64,000 nt of DNA, from the NCBI GenBank assembly GCA_038087875.1, contig CM075989.1:7504001-7568000 (forward strand), in the 5' to 3' direction. The notes under the pieces are model-generated. The model searched no databases. It was not told the origin of the DNA and saw only the letters and a program-made list of their open reading frames with translations. The position numbers and the translations under genes were made by a program. The DNA comes from Malacoraja senta (lineage: Eukaryota). This document shows, piece after piece, positions 39,901-52,475 of this stretch (position 1 is its first letter; every line of letters begins with the position of its first letter).

Positions 39901-40762
39901 GAGATTTTATTGCCAGGCAACAAAAAAGGAGTGAAACGCGGTCTTGTTTTTCAGGCAGGGATCATCACAGCCCATCTGCACCACCCAATGAACCCTTACA
40001 CCACCATCTTTGTAAATTGCTGTCCGTTTCCCCGTTTCCAATGTCCCTGAATGCACGCTGCCTCTGGTTTCTCTCCCACCTTTGCCTCACACCCTTGGTT
40101 GAGTCTTTCATGTTGAGTTTCATCCAAGTCAAGGCACTGTGATGGCAGTAACAAAAGCCATAAATAGCTGTTTTAGCATTGTGCCAGTCATCTTACGTGG
40201 CACGTTCGTCTTGTTGAACTAAACTGAACCCAACAGCACCATGGCCCCCATGTGTTACAAACTGAGTATGCTAGGTCAATCTTGTTGCCAAGTAAACACA
40301 AATGTTACAATTCAAGTGGACATAATCTAGAATTTTTACATTCCTATTAATTTTGTTAACTAAAATCCAAGTGGCAGCATTTCTTTTGATAGAGATCAAT
40401 GAGGAGAATGGATTTTGTAGACTTGGTCCTGATGAATTTGTAAATCATGCCCACTGTAGGAGTCAGTTGACAAATTGGCCTCTATTCTTCTCCAATTGCA
40501 CCATTACCTGGGACAATTCAGTTGATATGAAAAATCTAATTAGAAGGGACTTTGAAGTGTCTCCAGTCTAGGTAACTCAATCTCCTCTCTGGCTTGTTAC
40601 AATGAGCACCAATTACCAGCTGTAAATCTAATCAGAGCAGCTAACCTGCATGCAGCCTTGTCCTGTGTGGCTCAGTGCTTTGATCCAGTATGTGGTGGAG
40701 GAACAGCAATAGCAATTTGCTTCCTTTCAGTAAAATGCATGCTCTAATTCTACTGTTAACAG

Positions 40763-40879
40763 AACCCGGAAGGACCAAGCCCAGGAAGAGAATCTCCTTT
40801 TCCTGGAATATTTCTCCACTCCTTCCTAAGCCTAAAACTCTCTTTTCTCTTGGTTCCTCAAGTGATGATGAGTCAGATA
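40763..40879 (+). CDS. AKAP13: AKAP13 symmetric (candidate cassette) exon, 117 nt, phase 1 to 1: (K)PGRTKPRKRISFSWNISPLLPKPKTLFSLGSSSDDESD
   Basis: aacag acceptor, strong A|gtaagt donor, open frame, and phase fits both neighbours. Confidence 0.75.
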
Positions 40880-41081
40880 GTAAGTAAATCTTAGCATGAA
40901 ATATCTACCTTTCTTTCTTTGTCAATGTAATGATGGTATTCCGAAGAATAAGGTTGAAATGTGCCCTTTGAGTTAAGCTTCTGCTTGCTTGATCATCTTG
41001 ATGCTTCTATATAGCTGTTCTATACAGTGGATGTTTTTTGGGTTATTGACTGACTTATTTACCAGGTTAAAACCGCATTAA

Positions 41082-41491
41082 AGGGCCTGTCCTACTTTCA
41101 CGAGTTATTCACGAATTCTCCCGAGTTTTCCCCTTGATTCAAACTCGCAGGATGTTCGTAACAAGTCCGTAGGAGTTCGTAGATATATTGTAGCGGCTCG
41201 TTATGCCAGCCGTAGGTACTCGTGGCATCAGGTAAGTCAGGACGTTTTTTCCAGCCCGATAAAAAATGTCCACGAGTAAAAAAATGGTCGGGATGAAAGA
41301 AATTGCAACTTTTTACTCGTAAGGAGGGCATCGAAATAGTCGTGGGAATTCGTAGACATACTCGTAGGAGTTTGTTAACATAGTCGTGGAAGGTCGTAGG
41401 AGTTCGTAGATTACCACGATCTTGATTTTTTTTTAGGTCCTTTAAACTCGGCAGAGGTTTTGAATTAAGTCGTGAAAGTGGGACAGGCCCT
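41082..41491. mobile_element. PIF/Harbinger-type MITE
   Basis: AGGGCCTGTCCTACTTTCACGA ... TCGTGAAAGTGGGACAGGCCCT termini flanked by TAA/TAA; internal TCGTAG-type repeats. Confidence 0.8.
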
Positions 41492-43669
41492 TAAGTGTGC
41501 TTTCCCTTTGTGTAGAATGGTTTCTCCAGTTTAACCTTTTCTTAAACATAGTCAAACTTACCAATTAGTTTGAGGCGGCAAGTTTTCCTGTGCTAGTTAT
41601 CATAACTATTTGCACCATTTCTGTATCATGGTGATCCTGACCTCTGGCACTGTCTGGGTGGAATTTGCACATCCTCCCTGCGACCCGCCAGGTGCTCCAG
41701 TTTCCTCCCACATCTCAAAAACGTGCAGGTTTGTAGGTTAATTGGCCGCTGTAAATTGCCTCTAGTGTGTAGGGAATGGATTTTCAATTTACTTAAAGCA
41801 AACCTGGTAAAGTACTCTCGGAAGCTTGCTGGTGAAAATTCCAATTTATTTCAACTTGGTTGTGTAGAAATAAAAATCTTATTATTCCTTGTCTTTTACC
41901 ACAAAATAGTTCAGTGGAAAATAATATGTTCATAAGTTATAGGTACAGAATTAGGCCATTCGGTCCATCTAGTCTAATCTGCCATTCAATCATGGCTAAT
42001 CGATCTTTCCCTCTCAACCCCATTCTCCTGCCGTCTCTCCCTAACCCCTGACACCCATACTAATCAGGAATCTATCAATCTCCACCTTAAAAATATCCAC
42101 TGACTTGGCCTCCACAGCCACCTGTGGCAAAGAATTCCACAGATTCACTAAACTCTGACTAAAGAAAATTCTCCTCATCTCCTTTCTAAAGATACGTCTT
42201 TTTTTATTCTGAGGCATTGGCCTCTGGTCCGAAACTCTCCCACTAGTGGAAACATCACTCTATCCAGGCCTTTCACTATTTGGTAAGTTTCAATGAGGGG
42301 GCTCCTCACCCTTCGGTATCAGATATCCAGGTTCAGTTTCGGCAGCTAGTCATCATTACCAAATCTCTGGTGATCTATGGTTCAGTTTGGGGAGCACAGG
42401 GTTAAGATGAGAGAAAGGCTGTGCATTCAGTTAGCTCCGGTAGTCTACACTTTTCCCATAACGTTGCCAGCCTAAAATATTCCATTGGCCACATTGACTT
42501 CAAATAAAAGGTATGTTTAAAGATTTATGATTTGCTTTATGAGATGTGGTTCAAAGACGGAAAACAAACTGGGAATATCATTGTCAAGATTATAAATAAT
42601 GTCTTATTTATATTCAATTATGATGACCTTAGGGAGATTAATAGGGAGATTAATATGACTCCTCGGTGGAAAGAGGAAATGTTTGGCTAATGTTATTGCC
42701 CTAAATAACACTTCAACACCTGCTGCTCGGACTGAATATTTGCTGATGACAGGTTTTTCTTCAGCAGCAAGCAAAGCTGTGGTGATAGTATGTCTGGGTT
42801 TGAGGGACCTTGGATCAAAAAAGCAGTGCCTCTGGATGGGGGAGCAAGTAATATATTGACTGCCTTGCATTAGATGCCAAAGTCAGATTGCTACCTTCTG
42901 TTGCCCGATTAAAGTGTGCCAGCAAGTTATTTCTCAGCAGAATAGTCCAGAGACCTCTGTTCCCTGAGGAAGCCTCTCGATAATCCATCTCCGAGCCTTA
43001 ATAGTGGTGCAAAGTGCGGGAATAAGCCAACAGGTCAAGCATTGAATCATCTCTGGAGGACATGAACAGGCAAGGTATCGCACAAAGTCCATTCATATGC
43101 CGATCAAGACTATTTTGCCTGTATCCACCTATCACTTGCTAGACTTTGTCCTACCCCCACTTCTCTTCTGCCATTTTCTCCTCCCCTACTACAATCAGTC
43201 TGAAGAAACGATCCGATCTGAAACTTGCGTATTCATAAGTCTCCAGAAATGCTGCAAGACCCGTTGAGTTACTCCAGCATTGCATCTTTTTTTGTAAACC
43301 AGCATCTGTGGTTCCTTGTGTCCACATCCCAGCCTTAACAGATTGGTTGCTGAACTGGAAAGTCATTTATTAACTCATTGAGGACTATATTACAAAAATG
43401 CTGGTAAGTTAACTAAAAGTAACCATGAAAAAACAATTCATGATATTTAGTTTTAAATGCAGTGTTTGATGGTGTCATAGAGCCACACAGCATGGAAACA
43501 GGCCCTTTGGCCCAACTTGCCCATGCTGACCAAGATGCCCCATCTATACCACGTGCCAGCGTTTGGCACATATCCCTCTAAACCTTTCCTATCCACGTAA
43601 GTTGTCCTCAATCAATATCATTAAAAATTAGTAATTAATTAACTATTTACCATGATTGACTAGAGCCTT

Positions 43670-44200
43670 TATCATAAGTGATAGGAGTAGAATTAGGCCA
43701 TTCAGCCCATCATGTCTGCTCCGCCATTCAATCATGGCTGATCTATCTCTCCCTCCTCACCCCATTTTCCTGCCATCTCCCCATAACCTTTGATACCTGT
43801 AGTAATCAAAAATCTATTTTTCTCTGCCTTAAAAATATCCACTGACTTGGCCACTAAAGCCTTCCGTGGCAAAGAATTCTGCAGATTCACCACCCTCTGA
43901 CCAAAGAAAATTCTCCTCATCTCCTTCCCAAAAAAAACATCCTTTAAATCTGAGGCTATGACCTCTAGTCCTCGACTGTCTCACTTGTGGAAACGTCCTC
44001 CACCCAAGCCTTTCACTATTCTGTATGTTTCAATGAGATCCCCCCCTCATTCTTCTAAACTCCAGCGAGTACAGGCCCAGACAATCGCTCATCATAGGTT
44101 AACCTACTCATTCCTGGGATCATTTGTGTAAACCTCCTCTGGACACTCTCCAGAGCCAGCACATCGTTCCTCAGATATGGTGCCCAAAATTGCTCACAAT
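43670..44200 (-). mobile_element. CR1 LINE 3' fragment
   Basis: Reverse-complement CR1 tail and ORF2 end. Similar minus-strand pieces lie at about 41930-42310, 61270-61595, 49130-49870, 51175-51615 and 18760-19205. Confidence 0.8.
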
Positions 44201-47200
44201 TTTGGTGGTGGTGTTGGGGTTATAGATCCAGGATACCAATTGCTAAAACCTACAATCCAAGAGAGTGTTTTTTGATTGGGGCTGGAGTGATAGGTGGTGG
44301 GGTGCTGGTGACCATAATTGCAATTCCAGTACGATGCCTTTATTACAGGTGGCTCTTCAGAATAAAGGATGCCACACAAACAGTGCCCTTTTGGGGCTAA
44401 TACTGTAAATTTGTTCTCAATAGGAAATTTGGTTTTCTGAAGAAATAAAGTGTGCACTGTATCCAGCAAAATATAACAAGTGTTATGAAGACTTATCTTG
44501 AATAGATTGATTGAAAGATACAGAACGGAAACGAGCCCTTTGGCCCACCGAGCCCACGGTGACCATCGATCACCCATTCCCTCTAGTTCTATGCTATCCG
44601 TGTGAAGCTTTTCACGGTTCCTTAGTACACATGACAATAAATAAAATAAACTGTAAATAAGCGAAACTATCGCACAGCATGGAAACAGGCCCACCAAGTC
44701 CACACCGACCATCAATCACACTTGTTCAACATTTCCCCATTTTTGCATCCAGTCCCTACAGACGAGGGCATTTTACCTTCAAACCCGCATGTCTTTGGGA
44801 AATGGGAGGAAACTGGAACCCCTGGAGGAAACCACGTGGTCACAGGGAGAATGTGCAAACTCTACATATCAGCACCGGAGGCCAGGATTGAACCCACGCC
44901 TCTGGCACTGTGCGGCAGCAGCGATACCAATGTGCCAAGTCAACGCAATGATCTGATTTCCAGTAATATGTTGTCCTCAATCAATATCATTAAAAATCTG
45001 ATCATTTGTTCATCTTCACAGCATGACCCATGGTGAATTCCACATATAAATTGGTTTCTTCATTTCCAGCATCACATAAATGGGCTACAATTCAAAAGAG
45101 CTCAATTGGTTATAACCCAATTTGAAAAGAGTCATTAATAGTAGTATATACATTCAAATCTTTGTTTCACTGCAATATAAAATCCTCCTCGGTTGAGCCA
45201 TAATAGAAGGATTCCTCAACAGATCATAGATTTGTTGTAAGCTGTGGGGGGTAAAGATATGGTGTAAGTCTCTTCCAGATGGGCAGGGTGTAGGTCAAGC
45301 CAACTTTGAAAATATATGTAAGTGAACAAACTGCAATGATAGGGAGCAACATGTTCCCAGCCCAATAGATTTTCACCAACTGGCAAAGTTCCTGAGTTTT
45401 CCTGTAGAATCCATAAAATAAACGACTTGGGGATTGTAATAAAACACAACTTCTTTCAGAAAAATAAACAAGTGAAAGTTGTACTTCTGGTCCTTGTGTG
45501 GTTATTGATTCACAGGCAGGGAGGGAGCTGTGTGTGATGCCAACGTGAATGTACTGTACATGGCTACAATTTAGAAACAAGGAACTGCAGATGCTGGGTT
45601 ACAAAATAAAGAACCAAAGTGCTGGAGTAACTCAGTGGGTCAAGCAGCATCTTTGGAGAACATGGATGGGTGACGTTTTGGATCGGGACCCTTCTACAGG
45701 CTCGGACCTGAACCTAAATGTCACCAATACATTCTTTCCAAAGATGCTGCTTGAGATAGAATTTAGTGGCTAAAATTTGTACATTTGTTACATTTCTTGT
45801 GTTGGGGTAATGGATGCCAAACACAAACTTGCATTGAGTGCGGTGTGAATTGGTGCTGGCTGTCCTGAAGGCATTATGGATAATTCTCTTTAGCTTTTGT
45901 AAGTGGGTCAGTCTCACCCAGTAATTTTATATGTTGTCAGTGTAGATCTCCCTAGAAAGTCTTCCATCTCCAGAAAGGTTTACCCAGTGTTAATGTTGCA
46001 CTGATAACAGTGTGCAAGTAAAAGCTTATCTCCAAACTGATTCCTCTCACACCTTCAGGCTCAGCCCCTGTTTCTCCCCTCACAACCAAGGCTCCTTTCA
46101 AATTTTCTCTCGCTCTCATTTCCTTTTAATCTACAGCTATGGTGCCCTGCACATTCCCTTCCCCCTTCCTCCTTCCTGTGTCACGATTTCCTGATTCACT
46201 TTCCTTCATGCTTTTCTTTAAATTGAGTGCCTCACATTGTGGCTTCTTCCCTGGGTCTCTCCAACCCTTCACACAACCTCTTTCTCTGTGGTTGCTCTGT
46301 CATTTGAGGGCTTCTCAAGACTTTTGATTCCAGGAGTGTATCAATTGCACTCATCTTATTTTTAATATATCAACTGAACAAGTAATTTAAAAAGCAATCA
46401 TTGATCGCAGGCCAAGATTTTCAGCATTTGGGCTGCAGACAGAGTCTTCAGAATTAGTCTCAGGAGCATTTAACAAGGAACATGGAGATCAACTTGGAAA
46501 CAGGCCCTTCAGCCCATTGGGACCATGCCAGCCATCAAAACCACCTGTTTGCACTAATCCAACATTAATAACATTTTTTAAATGTTCTCATATTTTCATC
46601 AACTCCCCACATTCTTCCCACTCAGTGAGACACTCGAGGTAATTTACAGAGGCCAATTAACCCACCACCTGCACATCTTTGTAATGTGGGAGATAACGGG
46701 AGCAACGGGGAGGAAGCCCATACAGTCGCAGAGAGAACATGCAAACTCCACTCCGACAGCACAAGGGAGTGGATCAAATCCGGGTGTCCAGCACTGTGAA
46801 GCAGCAGCTCTCCAAGCTGAGCCATTGTGCTGTCCAGTAACCTGTATTAATATAGTATCGTTCACATTCTATAATGGAGATCTAAAATATTTTGCAACCA
46901 ATAAAGTTTGGTGACTTTATTGTAATGTACATAAAAGTATATTACTCCTAGAACCACATGTAAAATATTTATTTCACTGTACCTTTGGTACACGTAATAA
47001 TAAAAGAACCATTGAATTCAAATGACATGGTAATACACTTTTAACGCACTGAATTTCCACCAATCTTTTACTGCTTATATTACGCAATTTCATTTATTGA
47101 AAATTAATATCATTAATTGGAGATATAAGCTTGTTGGGATGGGAATTTGAATTAATTTTATTGCTCGAATACTCTGGTGCTTAGACGTTTGAGTGCCTAC

Positions 47201-47820
47201 ACTTGCCCCTAAAGCCCAACCCATACCAGAGCCCACGCTGAGGGACACAACACTTGTTGCTATCACCAATGGCGCTGGTGATTGACACCAACCCACTTTC
47301 AAATACTCAAGCCTCTGCTTTCTTGGCAAGTGTCTGAAGAAAGATCAAACACCGATTCATTTTCCCTACACACTTGTAGAGCTTCTAAATAAATACTGTA
47401 GTGCAAATCTCCCATACCACTGGGTATGGGGTGTAGACCATGTAGACTTGAGTTAATGCAAGTTTAACAGGTAGACCACATTTTCTAAGGGCCCAACGTG
47501 CAGAAGCTTTGTCACCACATGCCCTGTTGGGACATTTTTAACACTGCTTATGTTTTGGAGCCATTTCAAGTCCAAAGTCCTTTCTGCCCGAGCACTCGGT
47601 CTACTGGAGCAGCAGTCTACTGGATCCAGAGAACATGAACACCACCAGTTCCACCCACCAACAGTAACAAGGCTGATTATCCACTTCAATAATCTGTCAC
47701 TACTTCTTCCCATATTCGCAGTTCCACCAGCCTTGAGAAATAATATCTGACTCATTCGTATGCAATCAATGACTTAGCCTCCTGTTGATGTGAATTCCAA
47801 AAGATTCATTCTCTGTGATC

Positions 47821-48702
47821 GCATTCCGCTTCATCGCAGTTTCAGATGACCCGTATCCTGAGGCCGTGATTCCTGGATTTGGAATCTCCAATCATCAGAA
47901 ACTTCCTCATGTCTATTCTAGTCCTGATTAAAGTCTAAACTTTAGTGAATGTAGATCTAACCACTGCAGCACATCAGTCCTTCCATCCCTGTCCAATGTC
48001 CAAAATAAGTCCAATAACTCTTTGTTACCCTCCCGCCAGATCAAGAACATCCTTGCCCAAATAGAGAAACCAAAACTGCACACGACACTCCAGATAAGAT
48101 CGACAATGCACTATGTTCTTATTAATCTTCGTTTATATAAATCTCATTGTGATTTGAAGATGTTCTAGACAGAAGCTGGGCAGCATTGACTCGCAGCCAA
48201 TTTCTTTGAGTAAAATCAATGTCCGATGTGCATCGTTTATATTACTGCAGCTTCGTAATGTGTGCAAACATGTCCCATTAGTAACTCTGGGTGTTGTCTC
48301 TGATCATGCACACACTTGTTGGCCAGACTTTTTCAGCTCAGTTTCTCCAGACCCGTATTCTCTTCTTGTGTCATTGAGTTATTTTCCACTGTTGATCCCA
48401 CCTGCAGTGTTGGGTACAGTCGTGGTCTCTCTGTCTGGGCAAGGATGTTCTTGATCTGGAGAGAGGGCAACGAAGATTTATTGGACTGAATATCGGAGAT
48501 GGAGGGACAAATGTGTTGCAATGGTTCGATCTACATTCATTGTGATGTGGAAGAATGAGAAGGGAGTGTAGAGCAGTGTTTAGATTTTAATCAGAACCAG
48601 AATAGACATGAGGAAGTTACCAATGATTGGAGAATCCAGATGCAGGAATCACAGCCTTAGGATATGGGTCATGCCATCTGAAACCGTGATGAAGCATAAT
48701 GT
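47821..48702. repeat. Inverted repeat of a diverged CR1 fragment (arms about 47821-48093 and 48401-48702)
   Basis: The reverse complement of the left arm aligns along the right arm, e.g. GGGCAAGGATGTTCTTGATCTGG, GATCTACATTCA, AGAATAGACATGAGGAAGTT. Confidence 0.8.
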
Positions 48703-48781
48703 TTTCACCCAGCGAAGATGCCTCTAATTTCAACACTTTAAAAATTACCAAGAAATTAATTCTGAAACTTTTATTTTCCAG

Positions 48782-48818
48782 ATTTAAGATCATCCACCAG
48801 TAATTCTCTTGGCCAGAG
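48782..48818 (+). CDS. AKAP13: AKAP13 microexon, 37 nt, phase 1 to 2: (N)LRSSTSNSLGQ(S)
   Basis: ttttccag acceptor and GAG|gtatgt donor. It supplies the phase 1 to 2 change needed between the flanking exons. Confidence 0.78.
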
Positions 48819-49874
48819 GTATGTGACTGTTGACAGTTTTCTGTTGATACTTAGTTTTGTTAAAGCGATTAATTTTAATTGGGATTTAGTTGAGAGTTTG
48901 GAAGCTTCCTTACTCCATTCATGTGTGAATGTGGTGATTCATGCTGGTCATTTTAAATTGTGAAAATCACTTGCTCACGTCCCACAAGTTCCTTGTGTTG
49001 GCTCGTCATTGCCCCTCTGCTCAGGTTGTGCTCATCTTTCTGCCAGGATTATTCATCAGCAATATTGGCTTCCTGTGGCCTTGTTTGACCCAGGACAGTG
49101 AAACATATTGTGGTGCGTTCCATACTTATAACGTCATACAGCGTGGAAAGGGGCTCTTGCCCATGCCAATCAAGATGCCCCATCTACACGCCCCACCTGC
49201 CCACGCTTGGCCCATTTTCCTCTATCCTATTCACATTCCTCTCCAAATGTTGTTTAAATGTTGTTATGGTACCTGCCTCAACTACCTCCTCTGGCAGCTC
49301 TTTCCATATACCTACCACCCTCTGTGTGAAAACATTGTCCCTCAGGTTTCTAGTAAATCTTTCCCCGCTCACCTTAAACCGATGTCCTCTGGTTCTTGAT
49401 TCCCCAACTCTGGATAAAAGACTGTGCATATACCCTGTCTATTCCCCTCATGATGTTATGTACTTCTATAAGATCACCCCTCATCCTCCTTTGCTCCAAG
49501 GAATAAAGTCCTAGCCTGCCCAATCAAAGTCAAGGTCAGTTTATTGTCACGTGTACAAATTAAGGTTCAGTGAAATTCGAATTACCATACAGCCATACTA
49601 AAAAAAAGCAACAAGACACACCGCTACATAAAAGTTAACATAAACATCCACCACAGCTGATTCCCCACGTTCCTCACTGTGATGGAAGGCAATAAAGTCC
49701 AATCTTCTTCCTCTTTATTGTCCCATGGTCGGGGCAGTCGAACCATCCGCTGTCGGGGCGATCGAAGCTCCCGCAGTTACAGTTCAGGCTCCCCTTACAG
49801 TTCAGGCTCTCAAGTCCTGGCAGCATCTTCATAATTGTTCTGTACACTCTTTCCAGCTTAACAACATCCTTCCT

Positions 49875-50234
49875 TAAATCAGACCAATTCTTAACGGGTT
49901 GGTCTCCATTTGTCGATTTTTTCGAAGCAACAAAATCGTAGAAGCTAACTGTTTCAGGACTGGGTGAGGGATGGTCAACAATATAGATAACGATGTCCTT
50001 AATCTCTTATTTTCTATTTCTCTTTTCTTCTTTTCTTCATTTTACTTCTTTCACCCTTTTTTCCTTTTCACACACTATATATCACACGTTTTTCTATCTT
50101 TTATTATCTATTCTCTCTTTTTCTTTTTCATTATTAAAAAAAAAAAAATGTATCATGTCAATATATATTAGGCCCCTCGGTGCCATATTCCTGTACTTAC
50201 TTCTAATAAAATAAAATTACAAAAAAACAAAAAA
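49875..50234 (+). mobile_element. 5'-truncated L1-type LINE nested in a CR1
   Basis: KSDQFLTGWSPFVDFFEATKS*, T-rich UTR, AATAAA and A-tail. 15-bp target duplication AACAACATCCTTCCT (49860-49874, 50235-50249). Confidence 0.8.
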
Positions 50235-50773
50235 AACAACATCCTTCCTATAGCAGGGTGACCTAAATGGAACACAATTCTCCAAATGTGGCCTCACCAA
50301 CACCTTGTACAACAACTGAAGGTTTCGGCCCGAAACGTTGCCTATTTCCTTCGCTCCATAGATGCTGCTGCACCCGCTGAGTTTCTCCAGCTTTTTTGTG
50401 TACCTTGTACAACAACGCCTTGCACAGGACTAAATTGGAATTGTGAAGGAAGGATGCTGATTTAGACCAAAGATAGACACACAAAGCTGGAGTAACTCAG
50501 CCGGTCAGACAGCACCTCCGGTGAAAATGAATAGTTGACATTTTGGGGCGAGATTTATGATCTGTTAGCTCAGTTACTTCCTTACGCCAACAGCCACTTC
50601 AAGTTGTTTCTTTCTCTCTCTGTGTACACAATATCCATTGCATTTTACTCATTTGTATCGCTCTTTGACCATGTAAATTATTCCTGTTAATGCCTGTTGC
50701 ACAATTATAGAAATGCTTCAGTGGATCTTGAATTGGACGTCATTTAAAGCTATTGTTTGCTTTAATTACACAG

Positions 50774-50909
50774 CATCTCAGAGGAGGGTAATAGCCAGAT
50801 GCCACCGAGTCCGACACGAAAAGATTCGGAAGGAAAAAGCAGCACCAAAGTGTATCGGACGTTCAGCTACATTAAGAACAAAATGTCAAGTGGAAAACAC
50901 AAGAACAAG
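50774..50909 (+). CDS. AKAP13: AKAP13 coding exon, 136 nt, phase 2 to 0: (S)ISEEGNSQMPPSPTRKDSEGKSSTKVYRTFSYIKNKMSSGKHKNK
   Basis: acacag acceptor and AAG|gtatgg donor. Close to recalled human KDSEWKSGTKVSRTFSYIKNKMSS. Confidence 0.95.
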
Positions 50910-51719
50910 GTATGGGCTGAGAAGGTATCCTTCTGCTCTTCCTGCATGGTCTCTTCCAGGTCAGGATAGAGACACTGTGAGAACTTGCATGGTAAAAATC
51001 CTGTTAAACCAATACCTCACAATATGAGAGAATCCGTGATGCATCTCAGAGCAGAAATTGTGATCTTGGGGCAAGACCCTATCAATTGACGCCATCTTGA
51101 TGGTGGTGGCTGCCACATGTGTGATATACAGCAGGAAAAGTCTTCCAAAATACCACGATGTTGATCCTCAGTCATAGAGCAAAGCGAGTCATACAGCATG
51201 GAAACAGGTCCACCTTGCCCATGCTGACCAAGATGCCCCATCTACACTAGTTCCACCTGTCTGTGTTTGGCCCATATCCCTCTAAACCTTTCCTATCCAC
51301 ATACCTGTCCAAATGTAATTTAAATGTTGTTATAGTATCTGCCTCAACTACCTCTGGCAGCTCATTCCATATGCTTTGTGAAAAAGTTGTTCCTCAGGTT
51401 TCTGTGTAATCTTTCCCCATTCATCTTAAACCTATGTCTTCTGGTTCTTGATTCCCCAACTCTGGGTAAAGGACTGTACATCTACGCTATCTATTCCCCT
51501 CATGATTTTATCCACCTCTATAAGATCACCCCTCATTCGCCTGCGTCCAAGGTATAGAGTCCTAGCCTGCCCAACCTCTCCCTGGAGCTCAGACCCAGAA
51601 GTCCAGGCAACATCTAAAGGTTTACTCTAAACAACAGTGAGAATTGCAAAGTCTTCAGGAAAATCTAGACTGGTGAACAGAATGAGCAGATATGGGGCAG
51701 CTACAGGTTAATGTATATG

Positions 51720-52475
51720 AGACAATATATTCCAGCTTTATAGGACTTTGGTTAGGCCACATTTGGAGGACTGCATGCAGTTCTAGTTGCCCCATTACAG
51801 GAAGGATGTGGCAGCTTTGGAAAGAGAGGTTTACCAGAATGATTCCTGGATTTAGGGTGTATTAGCTACATGGAGAGGTTAGACAGAGGGGAACTTAAAG
51901 AAACATATAAAATTCTTAAGGGATTAGACAGGCTCGATGCAGGAAACATTTTCCTGATGGTGGGGGAGTCCAGAACCAGGGGTTACAGTTTAAGAATAAG
52001 GGGTAGGCCATTTAGGACTGAGATGAGGAAAAACTTTTTCACCCAGAGAGTTGTGAATCTGTGGAATTCTTTGCCACAGAAGGCAGTGGAAGCCGATTCA
52101 GTGGATGTTTTCAAGAGAGAGTTAGATTTAGCTCTTAGCCCTAAGAGCTAAATCTAACTTTCTCTTGAAAACATGATCATATTGAATGGCGGTGCTGGCT
52201 GGAAGGGCCGAATGGCCTACTCCTGCACCTATTTTCTATGTTTCCAGACTTGGATTGATTTCTCTGGAACGCCGGAGGTTGTTAGGAGACCGGATGAAAG
52301 TGTATAAAATTATGAGAGGCATAAATTAGATAGGCAGTCAGAATCTTTTATCTCAGGATGGTAAAAAAAAATCAAATACTAGAGTGCATATCTTTAAAGC
52401 GAGAGGGGCAAAGTTTAAAGGAGATGCCCAAGGCAAGTTTTTTTTTACACAGAGGCCGGTGAGTGCCTGGGACGC
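51720..52475 (+). mobile_element. CR1 fragment with a younger CR1 nested at about 51886-52245
   Basis: LVRPHLE/TYKILKGLDRLDAG/FFTQRVVNLWNSLP motifs and a CR1 tail. Confidence 0.8.
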
